Shown: positions 12,113 through 24,400 of the stretch, in pieces
Numbering within the stretch: the stretch's first letter is position 1
How the letters are laid out: every line of letters begins with the position of its first letter
From: Chrysomallon squamiferum
Lineage: Eukaryota; Animalia; Mollusca
Assembly (NCBI GenBank): GCA_012295275.1
Contig: CM022668.1
Location: 1 to 64,000, forward strand
DNA: 64,000 nt
Direction: 5' to 3'
Program-made: the position numbers and the translations under genes
Notes under the pieces: generated by a model
Database searches by the model: none
Seen by the model: the letters and a program-made list of their open reading frames with translations, nothing else
Told to the model about the DNA's origin: nothing

Positions 12113-12515
12113 CTCTTTCTCTCATTCTCTTTCTCTCTCTGACTCTCTCCCTGTCTCTCTCCCTCTGTCTCTCTCTCTTTTTTCTCTGTCTCTCTTTCTC
12201 CCTCTCTGTTATTCTCTGTTATTCTCTCTGTCTATCTCTCTGTCTTTCTTTCTCTGTCTCTCTCTCTTTCCTCTCTTTCTTTCACTGATTTTCTTGGTAT
12301 CTTTCTCTGTCTCTCTCTCTGTCTGACTGTCTTCCTGTCTCTCTCTCTTTCTATCTCTGTCTGTCTCTCTGTTTCTCTTTCTCCTTCGTCTATCTCTGTC
12401 TCTCATTCTCTCTCTCTGTCTCTCTCTCTCTTTCTCTCTCTCTGTCTCTCTTTCTCTCTCTCCGTCTATCTCTGTCTCTCTCTGTCATTCTTTCTTCGTC
12501 ACTCTGTCTCTTTCT
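12113..12515. repeat. CT-rich imperfect simple repeat
   Basis: (TC)n/(TCTG)n mosaic that explains the Arg/Glu-rich ORF. Counterpart at ~59467-59880. Confidence 0.95.
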
Positions 12516-13358
12516 GTTACTATAAGATATTGTTACACAAAAAATTAATTTCACTGTATGTATATTACATTATCTGATTTTAATACACAAACTGTCTCCT
12601 CACTACAGAAAATATAAAATGTCGCATTGTTAGATAAAATTAGATTTAAGAAGCAAATAATATCATCGGTTTTCTTCTTCTGCTTTAGATATAGATATAC
12701 ATTTATTTGAATTAATTTCCTCTAGATTCTAACAAATTAAATGAAAAACATTCATAAACCATTTATTTATTTTTGATAATAATGTTGTGTATTTATCTAT
12801 GTATGCGTCCAAACATGGAAGCAAGTATGTACGTACGTGCGTACATACGATTGTATCTATTTTTCACTTGTTCAAAAAAATGCAAATGGTAATAAATAAA
12901 CGCATTAAAATAATAGTAATAATATTATAGAAATAAGACCTCAAGATAATAAATAAATAACTAATAATAACAAATAAAAAAAACAGATACAAAAATAAAA
13001 CGTGTTCTTCAACATCAGAAAATATCAGTTTCAGTGAAAAACGTCTAACAGAGAAAAATAATAAAATATCGTTTGTCAGCTGTTTCACGCTCATAGCGAA
13101 AAACACGTTCACCTGCAAGATTCATAAAAAATATACATAAAACAGTGTACTGCATCAGAAAGCTACAAGTCCAATAACAGTCTGCTAACACACTGACACA
13201 CATACACAGACAGACACAAGTACACACACATACACACGCACAAGTAAACACACACACCACACACACATACACTTACCTGTTCTAACTTAAATAACCGCCA
13301 ACCAGAAACATCTAAAACACCAGAATAAATCAGAAACACACCTGTGTATCTTACTCGC

Positions 13359-13372
13359 TCAGCACGTGCTGA
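13359..13372. promoter_or_regulatory. 14-bp perfect palindrome containing a CACGTG E-box, overlapping a GATA motif
   Basis: tcagcacgtgctga followed by taa (tgataa). Identical at 60721-60734. Lies ~80 nt upstream of a minus-strand CAG|GTAAGT donor. Function not shown. Confidence 0.3.
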
Positions 13373-13480
13373 TAAAGATTTCATTAAATGCAACAATGGT
13401 TTTTTCGAACATTAAAAACACATTATCAAAAAATATGTTTTATATTAAAAAAATGATAATAATAATAATAAATAAATAAA

Positions 13481-13996
13481 TAAATAAAGTCGTCAGCAGT
13501 GTTTATTGTTATCTGTAAACGAATACAAAACTAAAGATTTTTTAACTGAATTTTGTTAGGTTTTATTTTGTTTTAATTATTATTATTTTTACATTTTTAT
13601 TATTTTTTGTTGTTTTCTGTTTTTGTATTTATTTATTTATTTATTTGTTTATTTATTTATTTTTTTAATTTTTAATTTTTATTATTATTATTTTTTTTTT
13701 TTTTTTTTTGGAATTCACAACAGAAATGGAATGTTCTATAGTATCAGTTTCAGTGCACGTGTAACATGTATGAACGTGTGTACAGTGAAACCTCCCAAAA
13801 CTGAACCCGATAAACCGGAATTCTCTCACGATTCCGTTAAATTTGCCAAAACAAATTAGTAATGCCTCCAAACAGCAGCCGATGAAATTATCCCGTTCCA
13901 ATGTGTTCCTCTAATGCAAATTTTACCAGAGGGTCCTGTTTATGTGAATCCTTACTGCATTACCAGTACCGAGTCAGCTGATAATGCGATTGCGTA
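13481..13996 (+). repeat. Left arm of ~510-bp inverted repeat (IR-L)
   Basis: taaataaagtcgtcagcagtgtt...gataatgcgattgcgta is the near-exact reverse complement of 17935-18443. ORFs 13623(+) and 18017(-) encode near-identical peptides. Confidence 0.95.
13783..13957 (+). mobile_element. Tc1/mariner-pogo-like MITE inside IR-L
   Basis: Starts TA|CAGTGAAACCTC, a typical pogo/Tigger-class terminus after a TA target, and ends in a degenerate ...cttactg|ca. Length 175 bp, non-coding. Confidence 0.55.
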
Positions 13997-14352
13997 CTCA
14001 GAACTAATCGTATGTGCGTATGCTTCTGTGTCATTGCTTTGCAGTTGACAAATACCGATCGAGGGATTAATAGCTGTAATGTTTAAATAACTGAACGAAA
14101 CATGTTTATTCTCAGCTGTTTTGTTACAAAGATTAGCTTTTAAATCTGGCTGAGCTCCTTTTCATAGCTTCATGTCACGATTTCTCATTAAAGGTTTTTT
14201 TTTTTTTTTTTTTTTTCTTTACTTTTATCTTTTTTTCTTTTTTTTTTTTCTTTTTTATTGTTGTTGTATTGTTTGTTACTAATTTAGCTCAGAACTGCAA
14301 CCTAAGTAAACAGACCATCCTTCAAAACTGGACTTGGTCCCATAGCGATTCG

Positions 14353-14467
<115 letters not shown>

Positions 14468-15255
14468 GTCTGTTGTTCTTCTCATCTGTCTCTTTCTCTC
14501 TGTCTCTCTCTCTCTTTCTTTCCCTCACTCTGTCTTACTCTCTCTAAGTCGCATTCTTCTCTTCACACAAAATTAACCATTTTTCCTAAAGCAAAGTTAA
14601 CCAACAGCAAAAGCAATAGCTATAACAGCAATATTAACAATAACAACAAAAATAAAAATAATTATAATTATATACTACAACCACAATATTAACAATAATA
14701 TCAATAATAAAAATATAATTTGAAGTTAGATGAAACACACAGACACGCGCATGCACACAAACTTAATTAAACTTTTAAACAGTTGAATTGATGTTACATA
14801 TCACGCTCTAGAAATCATTATATTTGTGAAATTTAAATAACATATCAGTATGAAAAGGCTGAAAAACAGTATTTACATGTATTTGAAATTTTTATACTAC
14901 ATTTTTACAGTGAAATGAAATTTTTATGAAAACATACAAACTTACAGTCGTAGTGAAACCCAAATCTTTCTTTCTCTAATCATGATAAATAACGTATACA
15001 ATTTTCACCGCGAAGTAAAAAAAATTATATCGATTAAAGTTATCTCCCTTTAGTGATATGTGTTCACAAACATTGATTAGACTTATGTCCTTTATGTGAG
15101 ATGTACTCCCCAAAGCTTACGTTATCCGTACGGGATAAACAGAACCTCCGAAAACGCCGTACGCCAAGATTCGATCCCACGATGTCACATATATGAACAT
15201 GCTGCCAAGAAACTAAAGTTTCAACTTGGTTCTGGTACCTTCACAAGCTGTCTTA

Positions 15256-15324
15256 GGGCGGGGCAGACTAGGGCAGAGGGGCAGACAGGATAAAAACGGG
15301 TGAGCTCTACTCACCCTCCCTGCC
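15256..15324 (+). promoter_or_regulatory. GC-box plus TATA-like motif plus hairpin (candidate promoter or retroelement terminal-repeat remnant)
   Basis: GGGCGGGGC at 15256-15264, GATAAAAA at 15289-15296, and stem-loop gggtgag-ctcta-ctcaccc at 15298-15316, within a local GC-rich island. Confidence 0.3.
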
Positions 15325-16258
15325 CGGACCCTAACCACGGGCTGTCCGCCTGGCATGAGGGCCGAGCTACTGATTACAGTGCTGTCTAAAAACAAACGCA
15401 TGCTGCAATTTGTATAAGAACTATGAGGTTTTAAGATTAAACTGGTAATTAAATATTAAAAAAAGTTATATTGTTTTTGTTTACTGACTGAAAATATAGA
15501 AACTTATCTAGTGATCATATATTGCAACTATTTATAGTGATTTCAGGATCTGTCAGATCTATCGATCTGTCTGTCTGTATACACATAACACACAGGCACG
15601 CACGCACGCACGCACTCACACACACTGTGTGATAGAGGTAAGCTTCTGAAATGGACTGAATATTGATGAGTATAAATAAAATATATATGAATCCCTATGT
15701 TTTGTGTTTACAGTGGTTGTGCATTGGTGGACACATGTACATACACAATCACAAATACACAGACACACGCACACACATACACACAAATTAAGCTATGTAT
15801 TTATTTTATTAATTTATTTTTTATTTGTCATCCATTTTCCAATCCAGTGCCTACTGCAAAAATTATTACAGATTCTAATGATTAATTTTGTAATATGATT
15901 GTAAATAATGACATGTATTTATCTTGTCAAACAATTTATATTTCTACAAATTTACACAAATAATTTCAGGTATAAATAATTTTGATTAATAACCTGCCTT
16001 ATAATATGATCAGTATACCATTAATTCATAGATAATTCATACACGCACCACAAAGACCGCACACACCACACACTCCACACGCACCACACGCACAATATAC
16101 TCTACACACTAAAACACGCACCACACACACAGACATGACAAACACCACACGCACCATACACTCCCTAAACAACACACATACACCATTTAAATTAATTTTA
16201 TATGACAATATAACGTGTTATCGTTTCAGCAGTTTTATTAAGTTATAATCTTCTTTAC

Positions 16259-16373
16259 CTGTATGAATGTGGCTTTTCTAAGATGACGTATTTATAAATA
16301 TTGTAATTTACGTTTGGATATTTAACAGAAACACTGTCAGTGCACACAGTTATTGAACGCCACGTCTTTTATA
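16259..16373 (-). promoter_or_regulatory. Candidate TATA promoter with short first exon
   Basis: Minus strand: TATAAAAG at 16373-16366, initiator-like gcAct 32 nt downstream (16341), and donor CAG|GTAAAG at 16259/16258. CACGTG and CATCTG E-boxes lie upstream. Same motifs on + strand at 62889-63005. Confidence 0.35.
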
Positions 16374-17063
16374 TGCGTGCAGTCCACAGTGAAGTAAAGA
16401 TACAGATAGAGCAGATGGCACGCACGTGTAGTATAGAACACACTTTTTTTATTGTTTTAAATTATTTATTTATTTATTTATTTATTGTTTGTTTAAACAT
16501 GTGTATTTGCACAAACCAGGAAGGAGAAAAAGTAAGAAAGAGAAAACATACATAAAAAACACTACATTTATTGTGATTTGTTATTGTAACTTTTCTCACT
16601 AAGCGGTAAGAACTTTACTTTCAATGTAAGTTTTATTGCTTTGTTTATATTTTTTTTTTATTTTAATTACACCGTTTAGCTTACCTTATTTTGTTTCTTT
16701 GCTGAGGCTGTAGACACTTACAAACACAAACTCTAATAGGCATAAATTTAGTTGCATATGTCCTCCTATTGCCCTTCTTTGTGAAACAGAAACATTTCAT
16801 GTCGGGGCTCGCAAACATTTATTTAAAATCAAAAAATACGAAAATAAAAAAAAAAGAAAAAAAACAAAAAATATATATCTATATAGGTGTATATAAATAA
16901 AAAAAAAAAAAATAAAAAAGAAATGAATCACATTATATAATAGAAGATTAATAAAAAGAGATAAATTATAAACAATTGTCTCTTTAGTGCTGGCATTGAT
17001 TTATTGTCTAATTCAAATACAAAGTTTACTATCAAACAAACCAGCGAGTCTTTCTGGAGAATG

Positions 17064-17088
17064 TAATAATAATAATAATAAATAATAC

Positions 17089-17148
<60 letters not shown>

Positions 17149-17165
17149 ACTACTACTACTACTAC

Positions 17166-17211
<46 letters not shown>
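17064..17211. repeat. Compound (AAT)n/(ACT)n microsatellite
   Basis: Read directly; reverse-complement counterpart at ~62067-62197. Confidence 0.95.
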
Positions 17212-17212
<1 letters not shown>

Positions 17213-17934
17213 GATACTTATAATTGTTTGTGGGGGGGTTGTAGGTTTTGTTTAACTCATTTTGAGAAGGTGATTAGAATATTGAACGGAAAGAACACAC
17301 AAGATTCAAGCAATGAAATAGTTTTAAACAAGATAGAAAAAAAAAAAACCTTGTAATAAATTACGTGCAGAGAAAAAAAAAGATGTTTTATAAGAAATAA
17401 CGAATCACTGATTAAATAAGAAAGTTTTATAATAATTAAACGTTTTGTCAGTTTTTAGTGTATCTTATAGGTAGTTTATTAAAAGCCTTTTTTTAAATAA
17501 TTTTTTTATATATATATATTTTAATGGCTACAGAATTCAGTTATTTTCTTTCGTTTTGTTGTTTTTGTTTTAGTCATGGGTATAGGTGTTTTTGTTAAAG
17601 AAATTTAAAGTAATTACAGATAATTTTAGCAAAAGAACTAAAACATCATCAACTAATAATAAAATAAATGAAATGAAAGAGACATGTAATAATATGTTCA
17701 AACCTTAAATAACTTAGTATTGATATTTCAGGACTTTAAAAAAATAATAATAATACTAAAAAAATAAAAACTAGAAAAGAGTTTTTAACCTTAGAAACAT
17801 GAAGAGCATATAAATGATACAAAAAAATAAATAAATAAATAAAATAAAAATAAATTTACTTATAAACTAGACGAAGAGTTAACATACAACTACACTGTGT
17901 ACACTTAATCATTAATAAACAACTAGTATTCGCA

Positions 17935-18443
17935 TACGTAATCGCATTATCTACTGACTCGGTACTGGTAATGCAGTAAGGATTCACGTAAACAGGACCC
18001 TCTGGTAAAATTTGCATTAGAGGAACACACTGGAACGGGATAATTTCATCGGCTGCTGTTTGGAGGCATTTCTGATTTGTTTGGCAAATTTCACGGAATC
18101 GTGAGAGAATTCCGGTTTATCGGGTTCAGTTTTGGGAGGTTTCACTGTACACACGTTCATACACGTTCCACGTGCACTGAAACTGATACTATAGAACATT
18201 CCATTTCTGTTGTGAATTTCCCAAAAATTAAAAAATAAATAATAATAATAAAAATTAAAAAAATAAATAAATAAACAAATAAAAAAATAAATAAATAAAT
18301 ACAAAAACAGAAAACAACAAAAAATAATAAAAATGTAAAAATAATAATAATTAAAACAAAATAAAACCTAACAAATTTCAGTTAAAAAATCTTTAGTTTT
18401 GTATTCATTTACAGATAATAAACACTGCTGACGACTTTATTTA
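17935..18443 (-). repeat. Right arm of inverted repeat (IR-R)
   Basis: Reverse complement of 13481-13996 with scattered substitutions; abuts the satellite directly at 18444. Confidence 0.95.
17974..18147 (-). mobile_element. pogo-like MITE inside IR-R
   Basis: Ends GAGGTTTCACTG|TA, the reverse complement of the terminus at 13783. Confidence 0.55.
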
Positions 18444-21400
18444 AGAAAGCGAATAAGTAAGTAAATAGTAACCAAAGTAAGTGACAATGTAACTAAGTAC
18501 ATTAACAATTACCTAAGTAAGAAAGAAATTAGCTAAATAGGTAAATAATGACCTAACTAAACAGGGAAACAAGAATCTAAGTAAATGAGAATGTAAGATA
18601 ATACATTAACAAATACCTAAGTAAGAAAATAAGTAAGTACGTAAATAATGACGTAAGTTACCAAGGAAGCGAATCAGTAAGTAAATAGTCACGTAAGTAA
18701 TTGAGAATGTAACTAAGTACAGTAAAAATTACCTAAGAAAGAAAGAAAGGTAAATAGTAAAAATGACCTAAATAAAACAGGGAAAAACTAAATGACCTAA
18801 ATAAACAGGGAAACAAGTATGTAAACTAAGAAGAACGTAGGTTAATAGTATTAACAAATATCTAAGTAAGAAATTAAGTAAGTTCGTAAAATAATGACCT
18901 AAGTTACAAAGAAGATAATCAGTAAAATAAATAGTAACCTAAGTTAGTGATAATGTAACTCAGGGAAAGAAGAATTAACAACTATCTAAGATAAGAAAAT
19001 AAGTAAGTAAGAAAGTACTTAAAAATGACCTAAGTTAAAGGAAGAATGTAAACTAAATAGTAACCTGAGTAAGTGAGAAATAAACTAATTACATTAACAA
19101 TTATCTAAGTAAGAAAGTAATTAAATACAAAATAATAACCTAAGTAAGCAAGGAAGGAAATCAAGTAAGTAAATGTAAGTAAGTAATGTAATTAACTAAG
19201 TATTAACAAATATCTAAGTAAGAAAGTAAACAGGGAAGTAAGTTACGTAAATAATGACCTAAGTAAGCAAGGAAAGAAGAAATAGAAAGTAAATAGTAAA
19301 ATAGAGAAAACCTAAGTAAGTGAGAAATAAGTACATTATTAACAATTATCTAAGTAAAAAAGTAAAAAATACAGTAAATAATGACCTAAGTAAGCAAGGA
19401 AGCAAGTAACTAAGTAAGTAAGAATGCAAGTTAACAAATATCTAAGTAAGAAGAAGTGTATAATATCCTAACTTAGCAATTAGTAAGTAAGTAAATAAGT
19501 AAATAAGTAAGTAAGGAATACCTAAATATGAAATAATGTTACTAAGTAAAACAATGATCTAAGATGGCAAAACAACTAAGATAAAATGTAAAAAAAATTA
19601 ATGTAACGTAATTAACTTAAATAATGAAAGTAAGAAAGCATAAGTAAGTAATAAATCAAGTAAGTACATTAACAATTATCTAAGTAATAAATAAATTAAG
19701 TAATTACGTAAATAATGACCTAAGTAAGCAAGGAAGCAAGTAACTAAGTAAAGTCAGAATGCAAGTCAGTACATTTACAATTATGTGAGTAAGAATGTAA
19801 GTAAGTACTTAACTAATGTCCTAAATTAGCAAGGAAGCGAGTAAGTTAGTAAATAGTAACCTAAGTAAGTACATTAACAATTACCTAACTATGAAAGAAA
19901 GTAAGTAAATAAAAAATAATGATCTAAATTGGCAAGGAAGGAAGCAACTAAGAAAGAAAAATGCAAATTTGTACATTAACAATTATCTAAGTAAGAACGT
20001 AATTAAATACGTAAATAATGACCTAAGTAAGCAAAGGATGCAAGTTAAGTAAGTTAGTGAGAATGCAAGTAAGTACGTAAGTAACAACAATTATCTAAGG
20101 AAGAAATAAATTCAGTAAATACGTAAATAATGATCTAAGAATGCAAGGAAACAAGTAACTAAGTAAGTTTTGTAAGTGAATGCAAAAGTCAATACAAGTC
20201 ATTACATTAACAATTTGTGAGTAAGAATGTAAGTATGTAAATAAAAAGTAAGTAATTAAATTAACTAATGTCCTAAATTAAATTATGTAAAAGGGAAGAC
20301 CTAAGTTAAGGGAAGATAATAAGTAAGTAAATAGCAACCTAAGTAAGTACATTAACAATTACCTAACTATGAAAGAAAGTAAGTAAGTACGTAAATAATG
20401 ATCTAATATGGCAAGGAAGCGAGCAACTAAGAGAAAATGCAAATTTGTACATTAACAATTATCTAAGTAAGAACGTAATTAAGTACGTAAATAATAACCT
20501 AAGTAAGCAAGGATGCAAGTTACTAAGTTAGTGAGAATGCAAGTAAGTACGTTTACAATTATCTAAGTAAGAAATAAATTTAGTACTTACGTAAATAATG
20601 AGCTAAGAATGCAAGGAAACAAGTAACTAAGTAAGTGAGAATGCAAGTCAGTAAATTAACAATTATGTGAGTAAGAATGTAAGTAAGTAAAATTAAATAA
20701 TGAAAATTAAATAAGACCTAAGTTAGCAAGGAGAGAGAAGAGAATAAGTAAGTAAAAATTAAACTAAATAAATGTAAGTACATTAACAATTATCTAACTA
20801 AATAACCTAAATAAAAATAAGTAAGTAAGAATGCAAGTACAATTATTTAACAATTATCTAAGTAAGAAATTAATTTAGTAAGTAAATAATGACCTATGTA
20901 AGCAAGGAATGCAAGTTTCTAAGTAAGTGAGAATGCAAAAGTAAGAAAGTACAAACAATTATCTAAGTAAGAAATAAATTAAGTAATTACGTAAAACAAT
21001 GACCTAAGTAAAATAAGAAGGAAGCAAGTAACTAAGTAAGTCAGAATGTAAGTCATTACATTAACAATTATGTGAGTAAGAATGTAAATAAGAAATTTAA
21101 CTAATGTCCTAAATTAGCAAGGAAGCAAGTAAGTAAGTAAATAAATAGTAAGCTAAGTAAGTACATTAACAATTAACTAACCTGAAAGAAAGTAAAGTAC
21201 AATAAAATACCTAAAAAATGATCTAAATACTAAATAATGATCTAAATTGGGAAGGAAGCGACCAACTAAGAGAAAATGCAAATTTGTACATTAACAATTA
21301 TCTAAGGAAGAACTTAATTAAGTAAGTAAATAAATAATGACCTAAGTAAGCAAGGATGCAAGTTACTAAGTTAGTGAGAATGCAAGTAAGTACATTAACA

Positions 21401-24400
21401 ATTATCTAAGGAAGAAATAAATTCAGTACTTACGTAAATAATGAGCTAAGTAAGCAAGGAAACAAGTAACTAAGTAAGTGAGAATGTAAGTCATTGCATT
21501 AACAATTATGTGAGTAAGAATGTAAGTAAGTACTTAACTAATGACCTAAGTTAGCAGGGAAGATAATAAGTAAGTAAATAGCAACCTAAGTAAGTACATT
21601 AACAATTACCTAACTATCAAAGAAAGTAAGTAAGTACGTAAATAATGATCTAATATGGCAAGGAAGCGAGCAACTAAGAGAAAATGCAAATTCGTACATT
21701 AACAATTACCTAAGTAAGAACGTAATTAAATACGTAAATAATAACCTAAGTAAGCAAGGATGCAAGTTACTAAGTTAGTGAGAATGCAAGTAAGTATGTT
21801 TACAATTATCTAAGTAAGAAATAAATTTAGTACTTACGTAAATAATGAGCTAAGAATGCAAGGAAACAAGTAACTAAGTAAGTGAGAATGGAAGTCAGTA
21901 AATTAACAATTATGTGAGTAAGAATGTAAGTAAGTACGTTAAATATTGACCTAAGTTAGCAAGGAAGAGAATAAGTAAGTAAATAGTAACCTAAGTAAGT
22001 ACATTAACAATTATCTAACTAAGAAATAAATTAAGTAAGTAAGTAAATAATGACCTATGTAAGCAAGGATGCAAGTTTCTAAGTAAGTGAGAATGCAAGA
22101 AAGTACATTAACAATTATCTAAGTAATAAATAAATTAAGTAATTACGTAAACAATGACCTAAGTAAGCAAGGAAGCAAGTAACTAAGTAAGTCAGAATGC
22201 AAGTCAGTACATTTACAATTATGTGAGTAAGAATGTAAGTACGAAGTTAACTAATGTCCTAAATTAGCAAGGAAGCGAGTAAGTTAGTAAATAGTGAGCT
22301 AAGTAAGTACATTAACAATTACCTAACTATGAAAGAAAGTAAGTAAATACTAAATAATGATCTAAATTGGGAAGGAAGCGACCAACTAAGAGAAAATGCA
22401 AATTTGTACATTAACAATTATCTAAGGAAGAACTTAATTAAGTACGTAAATAATGACCTAAGTAAGCAAGGTTGCAAGTTACTAAGTTAGTGAGAATGCA
22501 AGTAAGTACATTAACAATTATCTAAGGAAGAAATAAATTCAGTACTTACGTAAAAATGAGCTAACTAAGCAAGGAAACAAGTAACTAAGTAAGTGAGAAT
22601 GTAAGTCATTGCATTAACAATTATGTGAGTAAGAATGTAAGTAAGTACTTAACTAATGACCTAAGTTAGCAGGGAAGATAATAAGTAAGTAAATAGCAAC
22701 CTAAGTAAGTACATTAACAATTACCTAATAATCAAAGAAAGTAAGTAAGTACGTAAATAATGATCTAATATGGCAAGGAAGCGAGGAACTAAGAGAAAAT
22801 GCAAATTTGTACATTAACAATTATCTAAGTAAGAACGTAATTAAATACGTAAATAATAACCTAAGTAAGCAAGGATGCAAGTTACTAAGTTAGTGAGAAT
22901 GCAAGTAAGTATGTTTACAATTATCTAAGTAAGAAATAAATCATGTAATTACGTAAATAATGAGCTAAGAATGCAAGGAAACAAGTAACTAAGTAAGTGA
23001 GAATGGAAGTCAGTAAATTAACAATTATGTGAGTAAGAATGTAAGTAAATTAAATAAATAAGAAAGTAAGGAAAAAAATACCCTAAGTTAGCAAGAAGAA
23101 GAGAATAAGTAAGTAAATAAATAAATTAAGTAAGTACATTAACAATTATCTAACTAAGAAATAAATTAAAGTAAAATTAAGTAAATAATGACCTATGTAA
23201 GCAAGGAAACAAGTTTCTAAGTAAGTAAGTGAGAATGCAAGTAAGTACATTAACAATTATCTAAGTAAAATAAATTAAGTAATTACGTAAATAATGACCT
23301 AAATTAAGGAAGGAAGTAACTAAGTAAGTAAGTAATGTCAAATGCAAATTTTTAATTTATAATTATGTGAGTAAGAATGTAAGTAAGAACTTAACTAATG
23401 TCCTAAATTAAAGTAAGAAAAAAGTTAGTAAATAAATAAATAAAGTAAGTAAGTTAAACAATTACCTGATGCAAGTGAAAGAAAGTTAACAAATAAGGAA
23501 TAATGATCTAAATTGGAAAAAGTAAGAAACAACTAAGAGAAAATGCAAATTTGTAAATTAATTATCTAAGTAAAATGCAAGGAAGTACATAAATAATTAT
23601 CTAAGGAAGAAAGCAAATGCAAGTACTAAGTAAAAATGAATAAGTAAGTACAAACAATTAACAATTAACTAAGAAAAAAAATAATTTAGTACTTAAAAAA
23701 TATAAATAAAGAAAGAAACAAGTAACTAAATAAGTGAGAATGTAAGTAAATTGCAAATTACAATTATGTAAGTAAGAAAGTAATTTAACAATTAACTAAT
23801 AAAAAGAAAGATAATAAGTAAGTAAATAATAACAACCTAAGTAAATAATTACCTAACTAAGAAAGAAATTAAGTAAGTAAATAAATTAATAATCTAAAAG
23901 GCAAGAAAGCAAGGTAAAAGAGAAATTAAATAATAACCTAATTATCTAAGGAAGAACGTAATTAAAAGTAAAATAATAACCTAATGCAAGGATGTAAATT
24001 AACAATTATCTAAGTAAAAATGCAAGTAAGTAACTTAACAATTATCCTAAGTAAAAATAAATTTAAGTAATTACGTAATAATGAGCTAAGAATGCAACAA
24101 TTAAGTAAGTAAGAAAATGGAAGTAATTAACAAATTAAATTAAGAAAGAATGTAAGTAAGTACTTAAATAAATAATGACCTAAGTTAGCAAGGAAGAGAA
24201 ATAAGTAAAAAATAGTAAGAAAAGGAAGTAAGTATTATTAACAATTATCTAACTAAGAAATAAATTAAGTAAGTAAGTAAATATAATGACCTAAGTAAGC
24301 AAGGATGCAACTTACTAAGTTAGTGAGAATGCAAGTAAGTATGTTTACAATTATCTAAGTAAGAAATAAATCATGTAATTACGTAAATAATGACCTAAGT

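Larger units (their letters stand above)
2134..13996 (+). repeat. Large duplicated segment, copy 1 (direct repeat of 49281-61344)
   Basis: Colinear near-identical sequence and paired ORFs (3650/51162, 4251/51762, 11320/58693, 12864/60225). Differences are scattered SNPs, microsatellite lengths and a few indels. Confidence 0.97.
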
